Numbered from the stretch's first letter, positions 47,344 to 56,002 are shown. The stretch is DNA of 64,000 bases from Candidatus Shapirobacteria bacterium (GCA_037142555.1 JBAXAJ010000004.1:21738-85737); one strand, 5' to 3'. Notes: generated from the sequence alone by a model not told the origin. Made by a program: numbers and translations.

Positions 47344-47455
47344 AGAAAAACTCATAAATAATTATTTTTTTCTTTTAAAGAAAGCAACCTAATGTTTTGT
47401 TTTAAACAAACAATCATCAAGGGGCTTTTTTTTTGATATAATAAACCCACTTCTA

Positions 47456-47528
47456 GCCGAAGTAGCCAAGATGGTCAAGGCACTGGTCTGAAAAACCTGG
47501 GATGTAGGTTCGAGTCCTACCTTCGGCA
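47456..47528 (+). tRNA. tRNA-Phe(GAA)
   Basis: Acceptor GCCGAAG/CTTCGGC; anticodon arm CTGGT-CTGAAAA-ACCTG (one T-T mismatch). Confidence 0.9.
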
Positions 47529-47533
47529 CCCGT

Positions 47534-47606
47534 GCGAGAGTAGCTCAATTGGTGGAGCGTCTCCTTGCCAAGGAGAAGGTCGCGGGTTCGAATCCCGTCT
47601 CTCGCT
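47534..47606 (+). tRNA. tRNA-Gly(GCC)
   Basis: Anticodon arm TCTCC-TTGCCAA-GGAGA. Confidence 0.95.
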
Positions 47607-47627
47607 CCCTTAGTTTTAAGGACTCTG

Positions 47628-47700
47628 GGCCATTTAGCTCAGTTGGTAGAGCGCTTCGTTTACATCGAAGATGTCGGGGGTCCGAATCCCTCAGTGGCCA
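47628..47700 (+). tRNA. tRNA-Val(TAC)
   Basis: Anticodon arm CTTCG-TTTACAT-CGAAG; T-loop TCCGAAT. Confidence 0.92.
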
Positions 47701-47712
47701 CTTTAAAATCTT

Positions 47713-47794
47713 GCCGATGTGGTGAAATTGGTATACACGTACGCTTGAGGTGCGTATGCCGAAAGGTGTGGGGGTTCAAGTCCCTCCATCGGCA
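47713..47794 (+). tRNA. tRNA-Leu(GAG)
   Basis: Anticodon arm TACGC-TTGAGGT-GCGTA; long variable arm. Confidence 0.95.
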
Positions 47795-47805
47795 CCTAGA
47801 GACTC

Positions 47806-47876
47806 TACCCCGTCGTCTAATGGTAGGACATCAGCCTTTGGAGCTGAGTATTGAGGTTCGAATCCTTGCGGGGTAA
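47806..47876 (+). tRNA. tRNA-Gln(TTG)
   Basis: Acceptor TACCCCG/CGGGGTA; anticodon arm TCAGC-CTTTGGA-GCTGA. Confidence 0.95.
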
Positions 47877-47911
47877 CAAAATATTTTGGGTATAGTTTGG
47901 TAAAATTGATT

Positions 47912-48634
47912 ATGAAACTAAAAAATAAAATTGCTTTAGTAACTGGGTCATCAAGAGGAATAGGAAGAGAAGTTGCAATTGAATTAGGAAAAGAAAGTTG
48001 TGAAGTTTTAATTATTGGAAGAGACAAAGAGAAACTTAACGAAACTAAACAAAAGGTTTTGGAAGTTGGTGGTAAATGTGAAATGTTTGTGGTTGATTTA
48101 AGAAACTTAAATGATTTGAAAAAATTTATTGAAGATGTAAAAAATAAATATTCTTCTTTAGATATTCTTTGTAATGTGGCTGGTATTTATCATTCTGATG
48201 ACAAAACTTATTTTGATATTCCATATGAAGAATTTTCTGACGAAGCTATTATTGATTCATTAGAGGTAGGGATTAGAGCCAGTATGTTATTGGCTAAAGC
48301 CTTTATCCCTTTAATGAAAAATGAAGGCCGAATAATAAATACTTCTGGAACTTTTGGTAAAGGTGAAAGAGAAGATGTTTTTGAAAAAGGGTGTATGGCT
48401 GATTTAGTGACTAAAAAAGCGATAGAAATTTTTACTAAACAATTAGCCTATGAATTGGAAGATAAAAATATAACTGTAAATGCAGTTCGTCCTTATTTTG
48501 TCTGGACTGAAAATGTTCAAAAGTTTTTCCCAGAGGCAAAAAATGATGCAGTTTCAGTAAATAAAGTGGCTAGAGTTTACATAGAGCTTATCAAAAGCAA
48601 TAAAACTGGAGAAATTATTGAAGTTAGAAATTAA
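47912..48634 (+). CDS. SDR family oxidoreductase
   Basis: ALVTGSSRGIG, DILCNVAG, ITVNAVRP; YxxxK position reads DLVTK. Confidence 0.88.
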   Translation: MKLKNKIALVTGSSRGIGREVAIELGKESCEVLIIGRDKEKLNETKQKVLEVGGKCEMFVVDLRNLNDLKKFIEDVKNKYSSLDILCNVAGIYHSDDKTYFDIPYEEFSDEAIIDSLEVGIRASMLLAKAFIPLMKNEGRIINTSGTFGKGEREDVFEKGCMADLVTKKAIEIFTKQLAYELEDKNITVNAVRPYFVWTENVQKFFPEAKNDAVSVNKVARVYIELIKSNKTGEIIEVRN

Positions 48635-48639
48635 TTAAT

Positions 48640-48661
48640 AGTTCTAAAATCGTTCCACTCT
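48640..48661 (+). repeat. 22-bp direct repeat, copy 1
   Basis: AGTTCTAAAATCGTTCCACTCT, identical to 49118-49139. Confidence 0.9.
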
Positions 48662-48671
48662 AATAACCAAT

Positions 48672-49109
48672 ATGACAAAAGAAAGATTTAAATTAAAAGC
48701 GGCGGTATATTTACTACTTATTAAAGATGGAAAAGTTTTATTATCACGAAGATACAACACTGGTTGGATGGACGGAAAATATAGCCTTATTTCAGGTCAT
48801 TTAGACGGTAATGAATCTGTAAGTACTTCCATGATTCGGGAGGCTTTTGAGGAGGCGAAAATTAAAATCAAAAAAGAAGACTTAATTCCAGCAACAGTTG
48901 TTCATAACAATTCAGATCAAGAATATATAAATTTTTTCTTTGTGGCTAATAAATGGGATGGTGAAATAATTATTGGAGAACCTGATAAATGTGATGAATT
49001 GAAATGGTTTCCTTTAGATAATTTACCAGATGATTTATTACCTTTTATTAAAGATGCAATTGAAAATTATAAAAATAAAATTGCGTTTTTTGAAAGCGGT
49101 TGGAATTAA
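48672..49109 (+). CDS. NUDIX hydrolase
   Basis: SGHLDGNE...MIREAFEE, GEPDKCDELKWF. Confidence 0.9.
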   Translation: MTKERFKLKAAVYLLLIKDGKVLLSRRYNTGWMDGKYSLISGHLDGNESVSTSMIREAFEEAKIKIKKEDLIPATVVHNNSDQEYINFFFVANKWDGEIIIGEPDKCDELKWFPLDNLPDDLLPFIKDAIENYKNKIAFFESGWN

Positions 49110-49117
49110 TTTAAAAA

Positions 49118-49139
49118 AGTTCTAAAATCGTTCCACTCT
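49118..49139 (+). repeat. 22-bp direct repeat, copy 2
   Basis: AGTTCTAAAATCGTTCCACTCT. Confidence 0.9.
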
Positions 49140-49181
49140 GACAACAAAATAAGCGTAGTTTTTGATAAAATGTTTATAAAT

Positions 49182-49784
49182 ATGACACAACAAATTCTTT
49201 TTATCAGAGGTGGAGATACCTTTGAAAGTTATAATGACTACATTTCCTATTTAAAAAATAAAAAAGTTAATTTAGAGAAATTAAAAGTAAGAAAAGATTG
49301 GAAACATAAACTGCAAATTAATTTAGGTGAAGGTTTCGAGGTGTTTTTACCAGAAATGCCAAATAGGGCTAACGCTCGATATGAAGAATGGAAAATTTGG
49401 TTTGAGAAAATAATTCCTTTATTAGATGAGAATTTGATTCTAGCTGGAAGTTCGTTAGGAGGAATTTTTTTAGCAAAATATTTGTCTGAAAATAAAATTA
49501 ATAAAAAAATTAAAGCAGTAATATTAGTTGCAGCTCCTTTTGATGGTTCTACTAATGAAGAGTCTTTGGTGTATTTTAAATTGCCAGATTCCCTTTCTAA
49601 ATTTGCTGAACAATGCGAAAATGTTTATTTAATTCAAAGTCGGGATGATGAGTTAGTTTTGTTTGAAGAAGTTGAAAAATATAAAAAAGAATTACCAAAT
49701 GCAAAACTGGTTACTTTTGAAGATAGAGGTCATTTTAATCAAGAAGATTTTCCAGAAATTGTTGATTTAATTAAAAAAATCTAA
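49182..49784 (+). CDS. Alpha/beta hydrolase, RBBP9/YdeN family
   Basis: PEMPN, GSSLGG nucleophile elbow, SRDDELV, GHFNQ. Start 49170 is an alternative. Confidence 0.85.
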   Translation: MTQQILFIRGGDTFESYNDYISYLKNKKVNLEKLKVRKDWKHKLQINLGEGFEVFLPEMPNRANARYEEWKIWFEKIIPLLDENLILAGSSLGGIFLAKYLSENKINKKIKAVILVAAPFDGSTNEESLVYFKLPDSLSKFAEQCENVYLIQSRDDELVLFEEVEKYKKELPNAKLVTFEDRGHFNQEDFPEIVDLIKKI

Positions 49785-49985
49785 TTATTTTTTAATTGGT
49801 GAAGAGGTGGCGGTGGCGGACGGAGAAGCAATAGTTTGAGTTGGGAGAATTAATGGTTGAGCTTCTAATCTTTGTAAGACGGTCCAATCAATGCTTCTAT
49901 AGGAGATGTAACCAGCGATGATTAAAAGTAGAAGAAGTGAAGTAATCAAAATATTACCAGTTAAATTAGAATTTTTATTTTCCAT
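49785..49985 (-). CDS. Small membrane protein
   Basis: TM helix and Ser/Thr/Pro-rich tail; end of an operon. Confidence 0.6.
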   Translation of the reverse strand: MENKNSNLTGNILITSLLLLLIIAGYISYRSIDWTVLQRLEAQPLILPTQTIASPSATATSSPIKK

Positions 49986-49988
49986 ATT

Positions 49989-51323
49989 TTATTTTATACG
50001 ACTAATAGTGAAAGTTGTAGGGTATGACAAAAATATCACTGGAGATTCTTCCAGAAGGAATTTTTGGAAATCTTGATAGATAGTTTTTCTTTCTTGTTGG
50101 TCAAAAGCTTGTCGGCCATCTTCCAGAAGTTTATCTATTCTAGAATTATTAAATTTGGTTATATTGGTGTTTATTTGAGTTGAATGCCAAAAGACATATT
50201 GATCAGGGTCATGTGGGATTGAACCATAAGAAAGAATGGTGTCAAAATTATTTAAATCAATTTGGTTTTCAATAGTGATTGTGGTTTCAACTCCTAAAAT
50301 TGATTTCCAAGCGTTTTTGATTTCTTCAGCTGTTGATAATAGGTTTCGATCAGTGACAGCAATACTTATTTTTTCAATTTTGTTTTTATCAAAAAGTTCT
50401 TTGGCTCGAGATGGGTTATAATTGTAATCTTTTACAGTTCCATTATATGCCCAAGATAGGGGTGAAATTGGACTAATACATCGTTCATTTTTGTCGTTTG
50501 TTTTTGGAGTGGCATAGGCCAAGGCTTGTCTCAATTGTTTATTTTCAATTTTTTTGGTATTAAAGAAAATGGCTGAATATTTTTTATCAACCACAATTTC
50601 TTGAGTTATCTTTGTGTTGTTCCACTTAGTCAATTCTGGAGCTAGCGAATCAACTTGGATTTCATCAACAGTGCCAATTTTGTAAGCATCATTTAAATCT
50701 TTGGCGTTAGAATAAAAACGATAGGTCAAACTCACTTTGTTTTTATCCATAGGAGTCAGCTTAAGAGCTTTAATGTAGCCTTCTTGGTAGGTAATGGATT
50801 GGATTTTATAATCCCCTAGCCCAATTAGTGGTTTTTTGAAAAGTGGTTTTGTCAAAGTGGTCAAAAGAGGAACGAAAGAATTTTTGACAGATACTTTGAT
50901 GGTGTTATTAGACATTGGAGTCACAGTTATGCCTTCAATTTGATAGTTAATGTCATTGGTAGTTAATTTTTTGCCATTTTGCCAATAGAGATTTTGATTA
51001 AGAGTAAAAATATAATCGAGATTATTATTTTCAATTTGGAGTGATTTAACTATTGGTGATATTTCTGGTTTATCGTCATTTGAATTTATGGTTAGACCAT
51101 AGCTGATTTTAGAAATTATTCCTTCTGGGATATTATCAACAGTGTAGAGACCTTGAATTCCAATTATTTTAGTTTGGAATTTTGGGCTATTAACGAAATT
51201 TAAGATTTGAGCTCTGAAGGTGAATATTAGGGCTCCTAAAATACATCCCACTAAGATGTATAGAAATTTACTTTTGATGTGGGAGATTAAAAATTCAATT
51301 CTGAATTGAAGTTTAGTAATCAA
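49989..51323 (-). CDS. ABC transporter substrate-binding protein, family 5
   Basis: WQNGKKLTTNDI, GLGDYKI, LRQALAYA, DPDQYVFWHS, IDKLLEDGR; TTG start. Confidence 0.85.
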   Translation of the reverse strand: MITKLQFRIEFLISHIKSKFLYILVGCILGALIFTFRAQILNFVNSPKFQTKIIGIQGLYTVDNIPEGIISKISYGLTINSNDDKPEISPIVKSLQIENNNLDYIFTLNQNLYWQNGKKLTTNDINYQIEGITVTPMSNNTIKVSVKNSFVPLLTTLTKPLFKKPLIGLGDYKIQSITYQEGYIKALKLTPMDKNKVSLTYRFYSNAKDLNDAYKIGTVDEIQVDSLAPELTKWNNTKITQEIVVDKKYSAIFFNTKKIENKQLRQALAYATPKTNDKNERCISPISPLSWAYNGTVKDYNYNPSRAKELFDKNKIEKISIAVTDRNLLSTAEEIKNAWKSILGVETTITIENQIDLNNFDTILSYGSIPHDPDQYVFWHSTQINTNITKFNNSRIDKLLEDGRQAFDQQERKTIYQDFQKFLLEESPVIFLSYPTTFTISRIK

Positions 51324-51327
51324 GGTT

Positions 51328-51540
51328 TTATATTAAAGTTTGAATAATTGAAGATAATAAAAAGAGAATCAAAACAAAAACAGTAAAATTGAACATGACT
51401 TTTTCCCAACCGCGTTTTTCAGAACTGACAGCCGACATGATGTTTGATCTGGAATCAGTGTCACCACTTGATTGAAGATAAATCAGAACAGTTACTAGAA
51501 TCGAAAGTATTATTTGGACAATTATTAGTGCAGTTTTCAT
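51328..51540 (-). CDS. secG: Preprotein translocase subunit SecG
   Basis: Two TMs, LIYLQSS...KRGWEKVM; operon context. Confidence 0.75.
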   Translation of the reverse strand: MKTALIIVQIILSILVTVLIYLQSSGDTDSRSNIMSAVSSEKRGWEKVMFNFTVFVLILFLLSSIIQTLI

Positions 51541-51956
51541 TTTTTAATTTCTTTTTTAACTAAAATAAGATTATAAATGTATATCAAAAAACTGATAGTA
51601 ATGGAAGAAACAAAAAAAGCGAAGATGCCGTTAAATTCAAATTTAGGGATTTGAAAACCTTGCCATGAACTGCTGGCCATGAAGATATTATTAATTTTGA
51701 AATCACTTAAAATAAAAGTGGCTAAATAGAGACCAAGGGTGTCGATTACAGATCTGATTAGACCTAAGGTTAGGATGTTTATTGGAATGAGAATGAATCT
51801 AATGATTGGTTTTAAAAGGAGTTCAAAAATGGCTAAAATGATGGCAACTTTGATTATAGTTAGAGGGACAAAACTGAAACTTAGATTGTGCCAAATTTGG
51901 TTTTCGGTTGCTAGAGCAAATGTGAATAATAAAGCGAATTTTAAGAATTTTTTCAT
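51537..51956 (-). CDS. Phage holin family 4 (YvlD-like) membrane protein
   Basis: LLKPIIRFILIPINILTLGL motif. Confidence 0.8.
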   Translation of the reverse strand: MKKFLKFALLFTFALATENQIWHNLSFSFVPLTIIKVAIILAIFELLLKPIIRFILIPINILTLGLIRSVIDTLGLYLATFILSDFKINNIFMASSSWQGFQIPKFEFNGIFAFFVSSITISFLIYIYNLILVKKEIKK

Positions 51957-53734
51957 TTTTTTGATTTTCTATTGACTAATAATATTATAGCGCCAATTAT
52001 TAAAATAGTGATGCCTGAACCTATGCTGATTAATAAATTAAGGTAATGATTTGGATAAGCTATTGAATAAGTTGAAGGAGTTTGGTTGTTATTAGCTTTA
52101 ATTTCAAAAGTTAGCTTTTGATTCTTTGGAGACAGTGACTGGAAGAAATTAAGATTTGGAACTTTTATTTTTACTGAAGTGAAAGGAGGAATGATTTCTA
52201 TTTTTTCTTGCCAATTGTTTTTAGACATAGAAATAGTGATGTTGTTTAGAGAATTAGAATTAGGATTTGTAATGATTATTTGAGGGTTTTCATTGAAATT
52301 AGTTTTGTTAGAACTTATTTGGACTGGGAAATTAGTTTCTTTAATTTCTTGAGTGGCAAAATCGACAAAAACTGTTTTTATATTACGATTATTTTTGTAA
52401 GCGCCAGGAGGTGGTGGGTATTCGCTATTTTGGCCATGAATCACGAAAGCAAAATGATTTAAATCTAGATCATTAAAAAAGTCGATGCCGTTGGTAGTCT
52501 TACCCCAAGTTGGATCGATAGAAATCCATTTTTGAGAGGTGGAATCATAATATTGAGGCCAAGCATGAAGGATGTCGGCATTTACATTGGTTGGTTTTAT
52601 TTTTGGGTTGTTGGTGTAGGCAAAACCTTCAACTTCTCTGGCGGGGATGCCTTTACTTCGGGCTAGAGTCACAAAGAGATCGGTGAACTCGGTACAAAGA
52701 GATGCTTGCGGATTAAGTAAAGCTTCAAAAGCGCCTTTTCTTTGGGCAGAATTTAGACCAGAATAGTCATAACTGAGAGTGTTGACGACATAATCATAAA
52801 TATCTTTTGGAGTTTTTAGAGTTTTAGTTATTTCATCTATGGTCTGGTCGGAAACTGGCCAATATTTTTGAGCTTGGGTAAGAGATGAAGTATCTATTTT
52901 TTGAGCTTTAGAAATTGAACTTATTATTTTAGCTTGGCCAGCGACAGAAATTTCTAGGCTTTGTTTGGCTTGAAGTTGATATTGAGCTAACCAATTTCCA
53001 TCTTTATCAACTTTTATTTCCGAAGGTTTTGGTTCAATACTTTTTAAAATAATTTTTTGATTGTCAGTTTCTGGAGGCAGAGCAATTTCAGTATTCAAAA
53101 TTTTTGAACTTGGATTGTCGAGAAAATATTTGAAAGAAAAATCAAAGATTTGGTAGTTTCCAAAAGCAATTAGAATTTTTTTATTTTTTATATTGGCACT
53201 GTTAAATTGAAGATGAGTTTGTTTGTCTAGAGAATAACTATTTTGAGGAGTGATTGAAGAAAAGGATAGAGTTCCGAAAGTGTCGGGAACATTTAGATTG
53301 ATCAAAACATTGTCGGTGTCATTAATGTTTTTATATTCAGGGAGAGAGATTTCCCAAACACTGCCTTTATGAACAGCTAGTCTTGGGATTTCATAATTTA
53401 ACTTAAAATCGGTCTTTTTGTTTTTACCAAGATTATTTTGGTTAAATTTTAGAAATAAGGAAGTGGTGTCATCGAGTTTGGTGCTTTTTTGAAGAATGTT
53501 GCCAAGTTCATCGCTGGCTTTTATGTTTTGCATGCTTGGTCCAGAAATGCTGATTTGATATTCTTTTGGATAAATTTCGGAATAGTTATTAGTTAGTTCA
53601 ATATCTTGGCTGATTGTGGCGTCACCATTTTGATTAAGATTGTAAGTTATGTTTTGGACTGAGTTAAATTCCCCCACTGCTAAGGCTGATTTTGGCAACA
53701 GTAATGAAAAGAATAAGAAAATAAAGATAAACAT
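51953..53734 (-). CDS. Transglutaminase-like membrane-anchored protein
   Basis: CTEFTDLF...GIPAREVEG, HAW, DPTW catalytic triad motifs; signal peptide and C-terminal TM. Confidence 0.88.
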   Translation of the reverse strand: MFIFIFLFFSLLLPKSALAVGEFNSVQNITYNLNQNGDATISQDIELTNNYSEIYPKEYQISISGPSMQNIKASDELGNILQKSTKLDDTTSLFLKFNQNNLGKNKKTDFKLNYEIPRLAVHKGSVWEISLPEYKNINDTDNVLINLNVPDTFGTLSFSSITPQNSYSLDKQTHLQFNSANIKNKKILIAFGNYQIFDFSFKYFLDNPSSKILNTEIALPPETDNQKIILKSIEPKPSEIKVDKDGNWLAQYQLQAKQSLEISVAGQAKIISSISKAQKIDTSSLTQAQKYWPVSDQTIDEITKTLKTPKDIYDYVVNTLSYDYSGLNSAQRKGAFEALLNPQASLCTEFTDLFVTLARSKGIPAREVEGFAYTNNPKIKPTNVNADILHAWPQYYDSTSQKWISIDPTWGKTTNGIDFFNDLDLNHFAFVIHGQNSEYPPPPGAYKNNRNIKTVFVDFATQEIKETNFPVQISSNKTNFNENPQIIITNPNSNSLNNITISMSKNNWQEKIEIIPPFTSVKIKVPNLNFFQSLSPKNQKLTFEIKANNNQTPSTYSIAYPNHYLNLLISIGSGITILIIGAIILLVNRKSKK

Positions 53735-53843
53735 AGACCTGTCTTAATATAACATTTCTAGGTTCCAAATTTTTGGCAAAAAAAATACCTCCAAATTTGT
53801 TGTTACACAAACCTCTCGGTATTTAGTTGTAAAGCAATAAAAA

Positions 53844-54467
53844 TCAGGAATTTTCTTTTAAATTATCATCGAATTCTTGCTGGGAGCAGCGGCATAGTTT
53901 AACTATAGCTAGTTCATCTTTTGTGTCAATAATAATTGATTTTTTTGAAAAAATAATATCATTGTCTTCAGTCACAGTAAGATATACCCTTCTGGTTGGA
54001 TTTTCAGTTATTATAAAGAAAAACGTACCGGGTGTTACGATTGTGATGTCTTTTAAATACAATCTTTTTCCTGATAGTTCTTTTTCGGGTTTAATTGATT
54101 CCAGAGAGACAAAATAGAAAGGTTTTTGGATAAATTCCTCTATTCTAGCTACTACCCAGTTGACTAAATTTGGGGTCAGTTCTATTATTTCGTCTTTCCA
54201 AAAATAATCATCCAACTCTTCGAAATTGAGATCTCCTAACGTTAATAGCTGAGAGTAACTGGTATTAATAGTTATCTCTTGACTCAAAATTGAAACATGA
54301 CAATCTCTTATTAGCGTTTCTTCTTCGTGTTCACATTCCATACGTTTGAGTTCTTCAAAAATAAAATCACAAATATCCTTTCCTGTTATTGTCGTGTCCT
54401 TGGTGCTTGAGTTTACTATAGCTGTCATTTTTTCTCCCCAGCTAAAGCTAACGCTTAAACCTTTCAT
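53844..54467 (-). CDS. Orphan hypothetical protein
   Basis: 207 aa; SD-like AGAAGGA; long structured leader. Confidence 0.65.
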   Translation of the reverse strand: MKGLSVSFSWGEKMTAIVNSSTKDTTITGKDICDFIFEELKRMECEHEEETLIRDCHVSILSQEITINTSYSQLLTLGDLNFEELDDYFWKDEIIELTPNLVNWVVARIEEFIQKPFYFVSLESIKPEKELSGKRLYLKDITIVTPGTFFFIITENPTRRVYLTVTEDNDIIFSKKSIIIDTKDELAIVKLCRCSQQEFDDNLKENS

Positions 54468-54635
54468 TAAAATTCCTTCTTTCGATTTTTATTTATATTG
54501 CTTTTGCAATATATTTCTTAAGACCAAAATTTGATCTGCAAAAATATACTGCAAAGAATATAATTTGAGTTTTTATTGCTTTTAAAGAGCTATTTATTTT
54601 GGAATCAGCAATTGATTTTAAATAAATATTGTCCG

Positions 54636-54664
54636 ATTATAGAGCTAATATATGTTTTTGTCAA
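54636..54664 (-). promoter_or_regulatory. Perfect consensus sigma70 promoter
   Basis: TTGACA-17-TATAAT on the minus strand, upstream of 54467. Confidence 0.8.
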
Positions 54665-54700
54665 ACTATAGGATACTTTAATTATGAACAATTTGCATTA

Positions 54701-54728
54701 TTGACTTCGTGTTTTATTCGCGTATCAT
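54701..54728 (+). promoter_or_regulatory. lexA promoter with internal direct repeat (putative LexA box)
   Basis: TTGACT-16-TATCAT; TTCG-N7-TTCG between the boxes; ATG 6 nt after the -10. Confidence 0.6.
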
Positions 54729-54734
54729 CTTTAT

Positions 54735-55361
54735 ATGGCAACAATTATTTATAAGAGACAAAAACAGATTCTAGATTATATTTCGGAAAACATTGAGAAA
54801 TATGGTTATGCTCCAACTTTAACTGAGATTGCTTCTCATTTTAAATTATCTTCACTATCAACAGTTCACGAACATTTGGCAGTACTAGAAAAAAAAGGGA
54901 TGATTCGAAGATATCGCGGTGCGGTTCGAGGAATCGAAGTTTTAGACAATGATAATTTATCAGCATACAAAAATATGTCGATGATTGAATTGCCAGTGAT
55001 GGGTTTCATTGCTTGTGGAGCTCCAATTGAACCTTACAATGATCCAAATGCCACTTTAGCGGTTAATTCAAATTTAATTAAAGCTGGAGACAAGTCTTAT
55101 GTGCTCCAGGCTAAGGGTGATTCGATGATTGATGATGGAATTTTAAATGGTGATTATGTAGTAGTTAAAGAACAACGGAATGCTATTAATGGAGATATCG
55201 TTGTTGCAGTTTTGAGTAATGGTTTTGCAACTTTAAAAAGATATTATCGAGAAGCTTCTCGAATCAGACTTCAACCAGCTAATTCAACCATGTCCCCTAT
55301 TTATGTGACAAATGTGGAAATTCGAGGTAAAGTAGTGGCAATTATTAGACAATTTAATTAA
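54735..55361 (+). CDS. lexA: SOS repressor LexA
   Basis: GYAPTLTEIA HTH, IACGAP cleavage region, GDSM, ATLKR. Confidence 0.95.
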   Translation: MATIIYKRQKQILDYISENIEKYGYAPTLTEIASHFKLSSLSTVHEHLAVLEKKGMIRRYRGAVRGIEVLDNDNLSAYKNMSMIELPVMGFIACGAPIEPYNDPNATLAVNSNLIKAGDKSYVLQAKGDSMIDDGILNGDYVVVKEQRNAINGDIVVAVLSNGFATLKRYYREASRIRLQPANSTMSPIYVTNVEIRGKVVAIIRQFN

Positions 55362-55366
55362 GAAAA

Positions 55367-56002
55367 ATGTTGTATATAATTTCAACTCCAATCGGGAACT
55401 TGGGAGATATTAGTTTAAGAGCCCTAGAGACTTTGGAAAAAGTTAGTATTTTATTGTGTGAAGACACTAGAAATACTGGTTTGCTTTTGGCGAAATTAGG
55501 AATTAAAAATAAGCCAAAATTAATTTCTTTTTATGATGAAGTTGAAGAACAAAAAATTCCAGAAATAATTAGATTATTGGAAAGTGGTAATCAGGTAGCT
55601 TTAGTGACTGACGCTGGGACCCCAATCATTTCTGATCCTGGTTTTAAATTAATTAAAAAATGCCGTGATTTAGGGATTCCTTACACAGCTTTGCCTGGTG
55701 CTTGCGCTCTAATTAATGCTTTGGTTTTGTCAGGATTACCAGCTGGAAGATTTATGTTTCTAGGATTTTTGCCAAAGAAAGATGGAGAAAGATTGAAATT
55801 ATTAGAAAAATATAAAGAATTTGATGGAAGTAAAATTATTTACGAATCCCCTTTTAGAACTAAAAAACTGGAAGAACAGATTAAACAGGTTTATGGAGAA
55901 AATACTCAAATTGCAATAATTAGAGAAATGACGAAGAAGTTTGAGGAAATATTGCCAAAGGTTGATAAAGAAATTAAAGGCGAAGTGGTAGTTATTTTTT
56001 AA
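55367..56002 (+). CDS. rsmI: 16S rRNA C1402 2'-O-methyltransferase
   Basis: TPIGNLGDIS.RA, CEDTR, DAGTPIISDPG, YESPFR, REMTKKFEE. Confidence 0.95.
   Translation: MLYIISTPIGNLGDISLRALETLEKVSILLCEDTRNTGLLLAKLGIKNKPKLISFYDEVEEQKIPEIIRLLESGNQVALVTDAGTPIISDPGFKLIKKCRDLGIPYTALPGACALINALVLSGLPAGRFMFLGFLPKKDGERLKLLEKYKEFDGSKIIYESPFRTKKLEEQIKQVYGENTQIAIIREMTKKFEEILPKVDKEIKGEVVVIF

Noticed and set aside
46736-47424. Extra outer pairing CTCCTT/AAGGGG around the 46846 gene
   Set aside because: CTCCTT lies between the -10 and the likely TSS, so it is probably not transcribed.
51537-51956. Holin-family gene as evidence of a prophage
   Set aside because: It sits in a housekeeping operon with secG; no phage genes are nearby.
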